This document shows, piece after piece, positions 47,796 to 55,766 of a DNA stretch of 64,000 bases (positions are counted from its first letter, which is position 1; each line of letters begins with the position of its first letter). The translations under genes were made by a program, and so were the position numbers. This stretch comes from an uncultured bacterium (lineage in GTDB: Bacteria > Bdellovibrionota > Bacteriovoracia > Bacteriovoracales > CAZZBM01): positions 604,489 through 668,488 of the forward strand of contig CAZZBM010000001.1 of NCBI GenBank assembly GCA_964652255.1. The letters run 5' to 3'. The notes under the pieces are model-generated. The model did not search any database and was not told the origin of the DNA. It saw only the letters and a list, made by a program, of their open reading frames with translations.

Positions 47796-49169
47796 ATGAC
47801 TTATTTATTGTTCTTAATTCTTGTATCTTGTGGTCGAAATGTTGGCTTTGTTGCTGATAGTAAAACAAAAATTAATGATGATGCTCCACCAGCTCCCCCA
47901 ACCACACCCAATATAAATCCTAATGATAATCCAACTACTAATCCTCCAGGGATGACGTTGTATACTCAAACTTTTGATATTTATTCAGGTAATATCAGTT
48001 CAAAACATATCTATGTTTTGCTTCTAGATCATTCAGGATCCATGTGCCCACATTTACAAAAAGTAAGAGCGCATTTTAATCATTTTCTTCATAACTATCT
48101 TCCAAGTATTAATCCCTCTATTGATTGGATGGTAAAATTAGTTTGGACTTCAAATAATACTTTTGATCAAACTTGTGCTGTAGGAGGTATGCCTGGAAAT
48201 TTTCAGCAAGCTCATTGGGGTAATTTTAATGATCAAAGTAAAACCTTTGGAATGATTGGAAGTGCTTTAAAGCCACCAGGTAATTCTTCTTATTTTAATT
48301 TTACTAAAGAAAATTACTTAGCTAATAGCAATCTTTTTAAAGATAAAATGAATGAACTTTATGCAGCTCTAGAAACTCCTTATTATGGTTGCTCTTGTGG
48401 TTACCTTGAAAGTTCATCTTTAGCTATGCATGCTTTTTTAAAAGATCAATTACAAGAAAGAATCTTTTCTGGTGAAACTTCTATTTTTGATTCTAACTGG
48501 CAAGATGCTACTATTTTTGCTCTTAATATGACAGATGAACCAGATCAATTACCAAAAAATGATTATTACAACTTGAAAAATATGGTTGAAAAATTATCTG
48601 ACCCAGCTAATACTGCTGGTCCTGGTAATGTAAGAACTTATCATACGAATGAAGTTGTTTCAGCGCAGGAACGTTACGGAGTTCTTATTCAATCTGAATC
48701 AAATTTTGGAAATGTACCATCTACAAAAAATGATCCCGCAAATATAGCTAAGGCTAATTTTATAAAGAATGCTTTTATGAACGTCTTAAGCTTTGAAAAC
48801 AGAAACCTTGTCTGGATTAATTTTATACCTACTCCTTATAATAGTCTATTCTCCTATGAAAAGTTAGCAGATGTCACAGGTGGTTATACAGTAGATATTA
48901 ACTCAGTCCCTAGTAATATTAATACTGGAACCTCAGTCATTGGTACTACTGTCAATGCTTACTTAAATGGTTTTACTTTAACTCATCAACCTAATTTAAC
49001 AGTAATACCAAATTTCACAGTTAAAATTTTTTATACTGGCTCTGGTACTCCTACCACTCTTAATCCTGGACAATACACTTTTAATGCTTCGACAAAAATT
49101 TTAACTTTAAATAATCAACAAACCTTGTTAAATAATGCTTATAAGGTTGAAATTAGTTATAAGTATTAA
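47796..49169 (+). CDS. lipoprotein with Pro/Asn/Thr-rich linker and vWA-like (MIDAS) domain
   Basis: LILVSC lipobox; linker APPAPPTTPNINPNDNPTTNPP; YVLLLDHSGSM DxSxS motif. Confidence 0.5.
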   Translation: MTYLLFLILVSCGRNVGFVADSKTKINDDAPPAPPTTPNINPNDNPTTNPPGMTLYTQTFDIYSGNISSKHIYVLLLDHSGSMCPHLQKVRAHFNHFLHNYLPSINPSIDWMVKLVWTSNNTFDQTCAVGGMPGNFQQAHWGNFNDQSKTFGMIGSALKPPGNSSYFNFTKENYLANSNLFKDKMNELYAALETPYYGCSCGYLESSSLAMHAFLKDQLQERIFSGETSIFDSNWQDATIFALNMTDEPDQLPKNDYYNLKNMVEKLSDPANTAGPGNVRTYHTNEVVSAQERYGVLIQSESNFGNVPSTKNDPANIAKANFIKNAFMNVLSFENRNLVWINFIPTPYNSLFSYEKLADVTGGYTVDINSVPSNINTGTSVIGTTVNAYLNGFTLTHQPNLTVIPNFTVKIFYTGSGTPTTLNPGQYTFNASTKILTLNNQQTLLNNAYKVEISYKY

Positions 49170-49231
49170 AATTGTAAAAAATACTAATAATCTATATTAT
49201 ATTTAATAATTGAACTATTATATTAGCTCAA

Positions 49232-50173
49232 ATGTTTGATTTTTTTTTATTATTAAATAATATATTAATAAGTGATGCAGAGATATATGATGAATATCAA
49301 ACAAAAGCTCATTTTATTTTTCCAACTTTAAAAAAAGTTGCTAAACAAGTTTTAGATCAAGCTCCTGAAAATTCAAACATTGTTTTAATAGGGCATTCAC
49401 CTTCTTATCTAAAACCATTTTTAGAAGAAAAAAGAAATGTTGTGAATATTGCTATTTCTGGTATTTCTAAGTTTAAAGAATTGAACTTTGATCAATACTC
49501 TGATCAATACTCTTTTTTTCCTGAAAATTTAGAATGTTATTGTTCTTATTTGAAAGAAAATATCTTTTTTGATCGTGAAATTTTTTTTGTAGATGTTTCT
49601 TTGAAAGGTGATAGCATTATCTCTTTTTTAAAAATTCTTAAATATTGTTTTAAAGATCAGTATGAAAAAAATAAAATAAATTTGATGATTTTTCAACAAA
49701 ATTCAAAAGACTTACAAGATTTTTTATCCTCATATATTAAAAAAAAATTTTATGATGACACTAACTTAGTTGATTACTACCCTCTTGATGAAAAAAGAGA
49801 AGAGGCAATAAAGATAAGAAATGAATTTGATGATTACAGCTTACTTTTTAATATTTTAAATAATATTAAAGATCTTGAGCAAGGGTATCAATATTATATA
49901 GTTGAAACCCCTAAAGAATTAAATGAAAATTTACAAAATTTTCAAAAAGAAGGTTTTTTTAAAAGATACTACTGTATTGATATGGATCTTTTTTATATGA
50001 ATATAATATTTAGTTCACAAGAAAATTCCAGCAGTTTTATTCCTAGATATGTTCCTTCATATGGACCTTCTTTGTGGGATAAAAATCCTGATTTTGATTC
50101 TTTACATTTAGAAAATGGAAAAAAATTTTTAAATATTTTAAAAGAAATGGTTGAAAAAAATCAGTCAGAATAA
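49232..50173 (+). CDS. hypothetical protein (orphan, very AT-rich)
   Basis: 313-aa ORF; no motif recognised. Confidence 0.45.
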   Translation: MFDFFLLLNNILISDAEIYDEYQTKAHFIFPTLKKVAKQVLDQAPENSNIVLIGHSPSYLKPFLEEKRNVVNIAISGISKFKELNFDQYSDQYSFFPENLECYCSYLKENIFFDREIFFVDVSLKGDSIISFLKILKYCFKDQYEKNKINLMIFQQNSKDLQDFLSSYIKKKFYDDTNLVDYYPLDEKREEAIKIRNEFDDYSLLFNILNNIKDLEQGYQYYIVETPKELNENLQNFQKEGFFKRYYCIDMDLFYMNIIFSSQENSSSFIPRYVPSYGPSLWDKNPDFDSLHLENGKKFLNILKEMVEKNQSE

Positions 50174-50203
50174 CTTAGGAATATTTTTCTTGAATTCTTT
50201 TTG

Positions 50204-50280
50204 TGGCGGGAGCGACGAGACTCGAACTCGCGGCCTTCTGCGTGACAGGCAGACGTTATAACCAACTTAACTACGCCCCC
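50204..50280 (-). tRNA. tRNA-Asp (GTC), CCA encoded
   Basis: Hand-folded cloverleaf: GGGGGCG/CGCTCCC acceptor (one G-U), anticodon loop CTGTCAC, TTCGAGT T-loop. Confidence 0.9.
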
Positions 50281-50344
50281 AAGAGTCTATCTTTGTAAGA
50301 AAAAGTCTTTATTTCGTCAAGTCAAAGCTCTATAATAAAAAAAT

Positions 50345-50473
50345 ATGTACTTAATCTTATTTTTAATCTTGAGTTGCACTAAGTCAAAACCAGCAAGCTA
50401 TTCCCCTTCTTTTAACTCAGATCAAAAAAAAGACGATAACTGCAAAATAGAAGAACCATGCTCTATAGAGTAG
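50345..50473 (+). CDS. candidate 42-aa mini-lipoprotein: MYLILFLILSCTKSKPASYSPSFNSDQKKDDNCKIEEPCSIE
   Basis: Hand translation. ILSC lipobox like other lipoproteins in the window. Lies between two minus-strand tRNAs; no clear SD. Confidence 0.35.
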   Translation: MYLILFLILSCTKSKPASYSPSFNSDQKKDDNCKIEEPCSIE

Positions 50474-50475
50474 GT

Positions 50476-50561
50476 TGGTAGCCCTGGGGGGACTTGAACC
50501 CCCATGCCCGTGAAGGCGCTTGATTTTGAATCAAGTGCGTCTGCCATTCCGCCACAGAGCT
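50476..50561 (-). tRNA. tRNA-Leu (CAA), long variable arm, CCA encoded
   Basis: Hand-folded: AGCTCTG/CAGGGCT acceptor (one G-U), anticodon loop TTCAAAA, GGGGG-TTCAAGT-CCCCC T-arm. Confidence 0.85.
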
Positions 50562-50592
50562 GTTAAAAAAGATATAAGGAGAAAAAAAGAAA

Positions 50593-50865
50593 GTGTCTAG
50601 CCTTAAAAAATTTTTAGATAAAACAAGATACACTCTGCTCATTGGAAAAAATTTATTTTTTTCTTCTGCTAAAACACAAAAGTTAAAAATGACCTATAGT
50701 GAATTAGGAGAAAAACTTTTTGAACTTTTTCTTCATGGAGAAGTTGTTCATCCTTTGTTAAAAGATTATGAAGATAATATAAAAACTCAGTTAAAAGATC
50801 TTAATCTTTTAAAGGAAGAATTAAAAGATCTTCAAGAAGAATCTACAAAAATAAAAATTTTTTGA
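50593..50865 (+). CDS. hypothetical small coiled-coil protein
   Basis: GTG start 11 nt after AAGGAG (50576-50581); no motif recognised. Confidence 0.4.
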   Translation: MSSLKKFLDKTRYTLLIGKNLFFSSAKTQKLKMTYSELGEKLFELFLHGEVVHPLLKDYEDNIKTQLKDLNLLKEELKDLQEESTKIKIF

Positions 50866-50868
50866 AAT

Positions 50869-51429
50869 TTAAGATTGTTTAAGTAAATGATCTTTTAATT
50901 GATCAATGTCTTTATTTTTTCCAGAAACAGTAAAAATAAGAGGAATTTTTTTATAAAAACTACTCATGACTAAAAGATTTTTTTGAAATTGAGCTCTCTC
51001 TTTTTGGGTTTTTAATTGATCTATTTTATTAAAAACAAGAATTTTTTTATGTCCACTTGATTGAATAAATTCATAAAAAAGCTGGTCACTCTTTTGATGA
51101 GGATTAACAGCATCTTGAATAAAAATGAGGGTAGCTTCATGAAGATTTTCTAAAGCATTAAGGATAAGATCAGTCCATTGCTTTTGCTCTTTTTTTGATC
51201 TTACTGAGTAACCAAATCCTGGTAAATCTAAAATATAGAAGTTGTCTTTTTTAAAAAGATTTAAAGCTCTTGTTTTTCCTGGGGTTTTAGAAGTTCTTGC
51301 CATAAAACCAAAAAGAGCATTGATAAGAGTGGATTTACCTACATTACTTCTTCCAAAAAAACAAAAAATAGGACTCCTTCTTTGAAGATCAGGAAGTTGA
51401 TGAAGCTCTTGATAAGAAGTAATAAACAT
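50869..51429 (-). CDS. engB: ribosome biogenesis GTPase EngB/YsxC/YihA
   Basis: FFGRSNVGKSTLINALF (G1), DLPGFGY (G3), NKID (G4). Confidence 0.85.
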   Translation of the reverse strand: MFITSYQELHQLPDLQRRSPIFCFFGRSNVGKSTLINALFGFMARTSKTPGKTRALNLFKKDNFYILDLPGFGYSVRSKKEQKQWTDLILNALENLHEATLIFIQDAVNPHQKSDQLFYEFIQSSGHKKILVFNKIDQLKTQKERAQFQKNLLVMSSFYKKIPLIFTVSGKNKDIDQLKDHLLKQS

Positions 51430-51487
51430 AGCTTTTTTTAAACTATAAGAACTTGCTAGTCAAAGAAAAGCAGTGTAGATAAAGAAA

Positions 51488-52234
51488 ATGTTGGCTTATT
51501 GGCAGGAAGTCTTAAAAGCTAGAAATCCTTCTAATCCTCAATCTGATGATTATATTCAAGATCTTTTTAGCACTTTTGAAGTTATACAAGGAGATGGTCT
51601 TTTTAGAGATGATCCAAGTATTATAGCTGGTTTTGGGTATATAGATGATCAAAAATGGGCTTTTTTAGGTATTAAAAAAGGAAAGAAAACAAAAGAAAAA
51701 GTTGAGTGTCAATTTGGAATGCCCAATCCTGAAGGCTACAGAAAAGCACAAAAACTTATGAATTTAGCTCAAAGATTTTCCATCCCTTTAGTGACTTTTA
51801 TAGATACACCAGGGGCTTATCCTGGCATCGAAGCGGAAGAGAGAGGGCAATCAAGAGCCATTGCTGAAATCTTAGAATTTTCCTCTTCTTTAACTATTCC
51901 TATGGTGAGTTTTATTATTGGTGAAGGTGGTTCTGGTGGTGCTTTAGCACTAGCTCTTGGCAATAAAGTTTATATGCTAGAACACTCCATCTATTCTGTG
52001 ATTTCACCAGAATCTTGTGCTGCTATTTTGTGGCCAGGGGAATTAAAAGAAAAAGAAGCTGCTTATTATTTAAAAATTCTTCCTCAAGATCTTTTAGAGA
52101 TGAAACTTATTGACGGTATTGTCAAAAAAGAGGAGATAAAAAAGATTTTAAAAAAAGATTTAAAAGAAATTGTTCATCCTCAACAAGAAAGACTTATTAA
52201 ATTTAGGAATATAGATGCTCATGTTTTTCGCTGA
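51488..52234 (+). CDS. accA: acetyl-CoA carboxylase carboxyltransferase alpha subunit (N-terminally short)
   Basis: FGMPNPEGYRKAQKLM, FIDTPGAYPGIEAEERGQSRAIA, GEGGSGGALA motifs. 248 aa. Confidence 0.85.
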   Translation: MLAYWQEVLKARNPSNPQSDDYIQDLFSTFEVIQGDGLFRDDPSIIAGFGYIDDQKWAFLGIKKGKKTKEKVECQFGMPNPEGYRKAQKLMNLAQRFSIPLVTFIDTPGAYPGIEAEERGQSRAIAEILEFSSSLTIPMVSFIIGEGGSGGALALALGNKVYMLEHSIYSVISPESCAAILWPGELKEKEAAYYLKILPQDLLEMKLIDGIVKKEEIKKILKKDLKEIVHPQQERLIKFRNIDAHVFR

Positions 52235-52853
52235 AATTATTACTCTTACGGGTGATTTAGGAAGTGGTAAAGGAACCAGCGCTAAACTTTTAGAAAAAAA
52301 ATTAGGTTATGATTATTTTTCTATTGGATCTCTTCAAAGAGCTATGGCTGAAGAAAGAGATATGGGAGTTTTAGAGTTTAATCAACTATCTCTTGTTGAT
52401 CCTAGTATTGATAAAGCTTTAGATGCTAGATTAAAAGAATTTAATCAAAGAAATAAACTGATTATTGACGGAAGAATGGCTTTCTATTTTATTCCTCAAT
52501 CATTTAAAGTTTATCTTAGAGTTGATCCTAGGGTAGCTGCAGAAAGAATTTTTAAAGATAAAGTCAGAAAAGGGGAAGAGAGAACAAGTATTGAGGAAAC
52601 TCTTTCAAAAAATCAAGAAAGAAAAAAAATAGAAACTATGAGGTATGAAAAAATCTATGGAGTTAATGTTGATGATTTGACTCATTATGATTTTATTCTT
52701 GATACAACTCATTTAAGACCAGAAGAAGTTAGTGAAAAAATTATTCAAGCTTATCAAGGACATTTAAAAAAAGAAAAAATAAAAAAAAGTCTGATTTTAT
52801 TCATTTTAGCCTTATCTATTATAGGGATTCTGGTCTATATTTATAAAAAATAA
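52215..52853 (+). CDS. archaeal-type cytidylate kinase-like P-loop kinase with C-terminal TM helix
   Basis: LTGDLGSGKGTSAKLL P-loop. Collinear by eye with short (d)CMP kinases (IDGRMA, YGVNVDDLTHYDFILDT). C-terminal LILFILALSIIGILVYIY. Confidence 0.55.
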   Translation: MLMFFAEIITLTGDLGSGKGTSAKLLEKKLGYDYFSIGSLQRAMAEERDMGVLEFNQLSLVDPSIDKALDARLKEFNQRNKLIIDGRMAFYFIPQSFKVYLRVDPRVAAERIFKDKVRKGEERTSIEETLSKNQERKKIETMRYEKIYGVNVDDLTHYDFILDTTHLRPEEVSEKIIQAYQGHLKKEKIKKSLILFILALSIIGILVYIYKK

Positions 52854-54988
52854 TGATTTTTAAACATGATGAATTTCTTAGTTTTGAAAAATTTCAAGAA
52901 ACTGTTTTAAGTTACAATTCTAAAGCTAATATAGATCTTTTAAAAAAAGGTTACGATTATGCTGAAAAAAAACATCAAGGACAAAAAAGAGTTTCAGGAG
53001 AGAACTATATTATACATCCGCTGCATGTAGCTTATTATGCAGCGTTATTAAAAATGGATGAAGAAACTCTTGTTTCTTGTTTTCTTCATGATGTTATTGA
53101 AGATAGTGAAGTAACCAAAGCAGAACTAGAGTTTGAATTTAATAAAAATATTGCTGAAATTGTTGAAGCCTGCACTAAAGTCTCTAAAATTATTTTTAAA
53201 GATAGTAAGAATGAAAATTTTAAAAAAATGTTTATTGCTATGGCAAAAGATTTTAGAGTGATTATTGTTAAAATTTTAGATCGGCTTCATAATATGAAGA
53301 CTTTGAGATTTCTACATCCAGAAAAAAGACTTATGATTGCTAAAGAAACTTTGGAAGTCTATGTTCCTTTAACAGCAAGACTTGGGCTTCAGATTATTAA
53401 AAATGAATTAGAAGATCTTTCTTTTTACTATACTAATACACCAGCTTATTACCGACTTTCTGAAAAAGTCGCCATGAAAAAAATAGAAAGAGAACAATAT
53501 ATTTTATTTACAGCTCAAGAACTTAGTGATCATTTAAGAAGTTATGGGATTGATGGAATTATTACAGGTCGAAGTAAAAATCTTTTTTCTATCTATAAAA
53601 AAATGAAAAAAAGAGAGGTAGATTTTGAACAAATTCAAGATCTTCTTGCTTTTAGAATTTTAGTCAACAATATTACAGAGTGCTATAAAACCTTAGGAAT
53701 TATTCACTCAGAATATACTCCTATCCCAGGTCGATTTAAAGACTATATCGCTATTCCTAAAGCTAATAAATATCAGAGTTTACATACTACCATTATGGGA
53801 CCAAAGACTCAAAAAATTGAAATTCAAATTAGAACTCATGAAATGCAAGAAGTTGCTGAAAGAGGAATTGCTGCCCATTGGTATTACAAAGATAATGGCT
53901 CTGTTGCTGTGAAAAAAAGTTGGCTAGATGATCTTTTAGAAGATACAAAATTAGATAAAGAAGATCTTGGTCTTTTATCTAAAATTAAAGAAGATTTTCA
54001 TCAAAAATCTGTTTTTGTTTTTACCCCTCAAGGAGATATTAAAGAACTTCCTCAAAATGCTACTATTTTAGATTTTGCTTATGCTATTCACTCAGATATT
54101 GGACATCATTGTGAGGGTGGTAAAATTAATAATAAGATGATGCCTTTAAAAACAAAATTAAAAACAGGAGATATTGTTGAGATTCATACAAATAAAAATC
54201 AACAACCTTCAAAAGATTGGCTTAAGATTGCAAAAACGAGTCGAGCTATTAATAAAATCAATCAATGGTTTTTAAAAGAAGATAGAGAAAAACAACAAGC
54301 TTCTGGAGAAAAAATTCTAGAAAAAGCTTTAAAATCAGAAAACTTGACAGTAAAAATATTAGAAAAAAAACAAGAATTAAAAATTCTTTTGGATCAAGCT
54401 CATGTTCAAACCCTTGAAGAACTCTATTATTTGCTTGGAAGTGGAAAGATTGCTTTATCTTTTATTTTACAAAAGTTACCTTTTTTTGCTTTAAAAGAAG
54501 AAGTGAAGGAGACCATCACTCCTTTAAAAGAATCTTCTTTTAAAAAAGAAAATTCACATTTTATTATTGTTGATCATCTTCAAAATATTGAAACTAAATT
54601 AAGCAAATGTTGTCTCCCTATTCCTTTTGATGATATTATTTGTTTTGTCACAAAAAATCATGGAATTACTGTTCATAGAGAACAATGTCCTAGAGTTCAA
54701 GAATTTGAAAAAAAACAAGAAGTCTTTGCTGAATGGAATCCACAATATCAAAACCTCTATGAAACAAGATTAAAAATTATGACTCAAAATAATCCTGGGG
54801 TCATGGCTGATTTATCAAAATCTCTAGAAAGATTAAAAGTGAATATAGTAGAAGCTTCCATTAAGAGTCTTTCCTCACAGACAGCATTGTTTTTGATGAT
54901 GATTCAGGTAAAAAATGACCTAGAACTCTCTCAAGTCATGTCCCAGTTAAGTCTCTTGCCTACTGTCATCACTATAGAAAGGGTTTAG
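52853..54988 (+). CDS. spoT: bifunctional (p)ppGpp synthetase/hydrolase
   Basis: HD hydrolase domain (HPLHVA, HDVIEDS), synthetase motifs (RSKNLFSIYKKM, YQSLHTTI), TGS and ACT regions. Confidence 0.9.
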   Translation: MIFKHDEFLSFEKFQETVLSYNSKANIDLLKKGYDYAEKKHQGQKRVSGENYIIHPLHVAYYAALLKMDEETLVSCFLHDVIEDSEVTKAELEFEFNKNIAEIVEACTKVSKIIFKDSKNENFKKMFIAMAKDFRVIIVKILDRLHNMKTLRFLHPEKRLMIAKETLEVYVPLTARLGLQIIKNELEDLSFYYTNTPAYYRLSEKVAMKKIEREQYILFTAQELSDHLRSYGIDGIITGRSKNLFSIYKKMKKREVDFEQIQDLLAFRILVNNITECYKTLGIIHSEYTPIPGRFKDYIAIPKANKYQSLHTTIMGPKTQKIEIQIRTHEMQEVAERGIAAHWYYKDNGSVAVKKSWLDDLLEDTKLDKEDLGLLSKIKEDFHQKSVFVFTPQGDIKELPQNATILDFAYAIHSDIGHHCEGGKINNKMMPLKTKLKTGDIVEIHTNKNQQPSKDWLKIAKTSRAINKINQWFLKEDREKQQASGEKILEKALKSENLTVKILEKKQELKILLDQAHVQTLEELYYLLGSGKIALSFILQKLPFFALKEEVKETITPLKESSFKKENSHFIIVDHLQNIETKLSKCCLPIPFDDIICFVTKNHGITVHREQCPRVQEFEKKQEVFAEWNPQYQNLYETRLKIMTQNNPGVMADLSKSLERLKVNIVEASIKSLSSQTALFLMMIQVKNDLELSQVMSQLSLLPTVITIERV

Positions 54989-55136
54989 ACCTCTTTTTAT
55001 TCCTAACTCTATTTTTTTCCAAGAGAATAAATACTTTTATTTTTTGATCCAGTATTTTTTTGTACACTAAAAACAGACTTATTCTGTCGGGTAAGTCGCC
55101 AGGGAGGGTAAGGTGTAGAGTTACACATTGCCAAGG

Positions 55137-55167
55137 AAAACAGGTTGTTTGCGTAACAACCTGTTTT
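55137..55167. terminator. perfect 13-bp hairpin, terminator-shaped on both strands
   Basis: aaaacaggttgtt-tgcgt-aacaacctgtttt. A 9-bp G/C-containing core is flanked by A4 upstream and T4 downstream. Confidence 0.45.
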
Positions 55168-55204
55168 GAAAAAAAGGAAGAAAAAAAACAAGGAGTAAGT
55201 TGAC

Positions 55205-55666
55205 ATGAAGAAATTATTAATTTTAACTACACTAATGTTCTCTAATACAGCATTTGCTGATACAGAAGAGATAAAAAATTTAGCTTTTGTAACAGTAGAA
55301 GGTGTTGGAGTGCTAGCTGCACAACATCAAGGAACTGATGATTTTAAAGCAACCGTTGAAGCATTTATGGATGAAGTGATCAATGGCTTAAATAAAGTTT
55401 TTGGTCCTGGATTTTATGCTAATCTATTAATGAACAAAATTGAGCCTAAATTAAATGAGTTAAGTGGTAGGTTAACAACAATGATTACTGATAGATTATC
55501 AAAAATTGAACCTAAAAAGAAATTTTGGAAAACTGTTTTTCTTCTTTTTCCAGGATTGCCTGAATTTTTATCTGAAGAAGTTGTTGCACCACTTTTAAAC
55601 AATCAGCTAAAGAAGATAATTTTAGATGTACTTGATGGGTCAGCAACAACATCATCTGGTAGATAA
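55205..55666 (+). CDS. secreted hypothetical protein
   Basis: Signal peptide MKKLLILTTLMFSNTAFA-DTEE; AAGGAG 8 nt upstream; followed by a strong terminator. Confidence 0.55.
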   Translation: MKKLLILTTLMFSNTAFADTEEIKNLAFVTVEGVGVLAAQHQGTDDFKATVEAFMDEVINGLNKVFGPGFYANLLMNKIEPKLNELSGRLTTMITDRLSKIEPKKKFWKTVFLLFPGLPEFLSEEVVAPLLNNQLKKIILDVLDGSATTSSGR

Positions 55667-55707
55667 AATAAATTAAACAAAAAATCCTTTTTTTCAAAAA
55701 CCACCTT

Positions 55708-55741
55708 ACCCCTACCTAAAAAGTAGGGGTTTTTCTTTTTT
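55708..55741 (+). terminator. rho-independent terminator
   Basis: acccctac (55708-55715) / gtaggggt (55723-55730), 7-nt loop, then ttttctttttt. Confidence 0.75.
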
Positions 55742-55766
55742 AAAACAATGAGTACAATAAATTGGC

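Noticed and set aside
50204-50561. Genomic island or integration site at tRNA-Asp/tRNA-Leu (and at tRNA-Phe, 62732-62807)
   Set aside because: I looked for an integrase, for transposase genes and for direct repeats of tRNA 3' ends in flanking DNA. I found none by eye.
55085-55135. Identity as SRP (4.5S) RNA or a known riboswitch class
   Set aside because: CCAGG...GCCAAGG superficially recalls SRP domain IV. However, the GGAA tetraloop and AGCA motif and the required long end-to-end helix are absent. I could not match the TPP, FMN, SAM, purine, glycine, c-di-GMP, fluoride, ZTP, guanidine, preQ1 or glutamine consensus from memory.
55009-55206. 65-aa minus-strand ORF in the spoT-downstream spacer
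   Set aside because: No SD, implausible composition, and it spans the structured GC-rich element and hairpin. The region is better explained as RNA structure or regulatory sequence.
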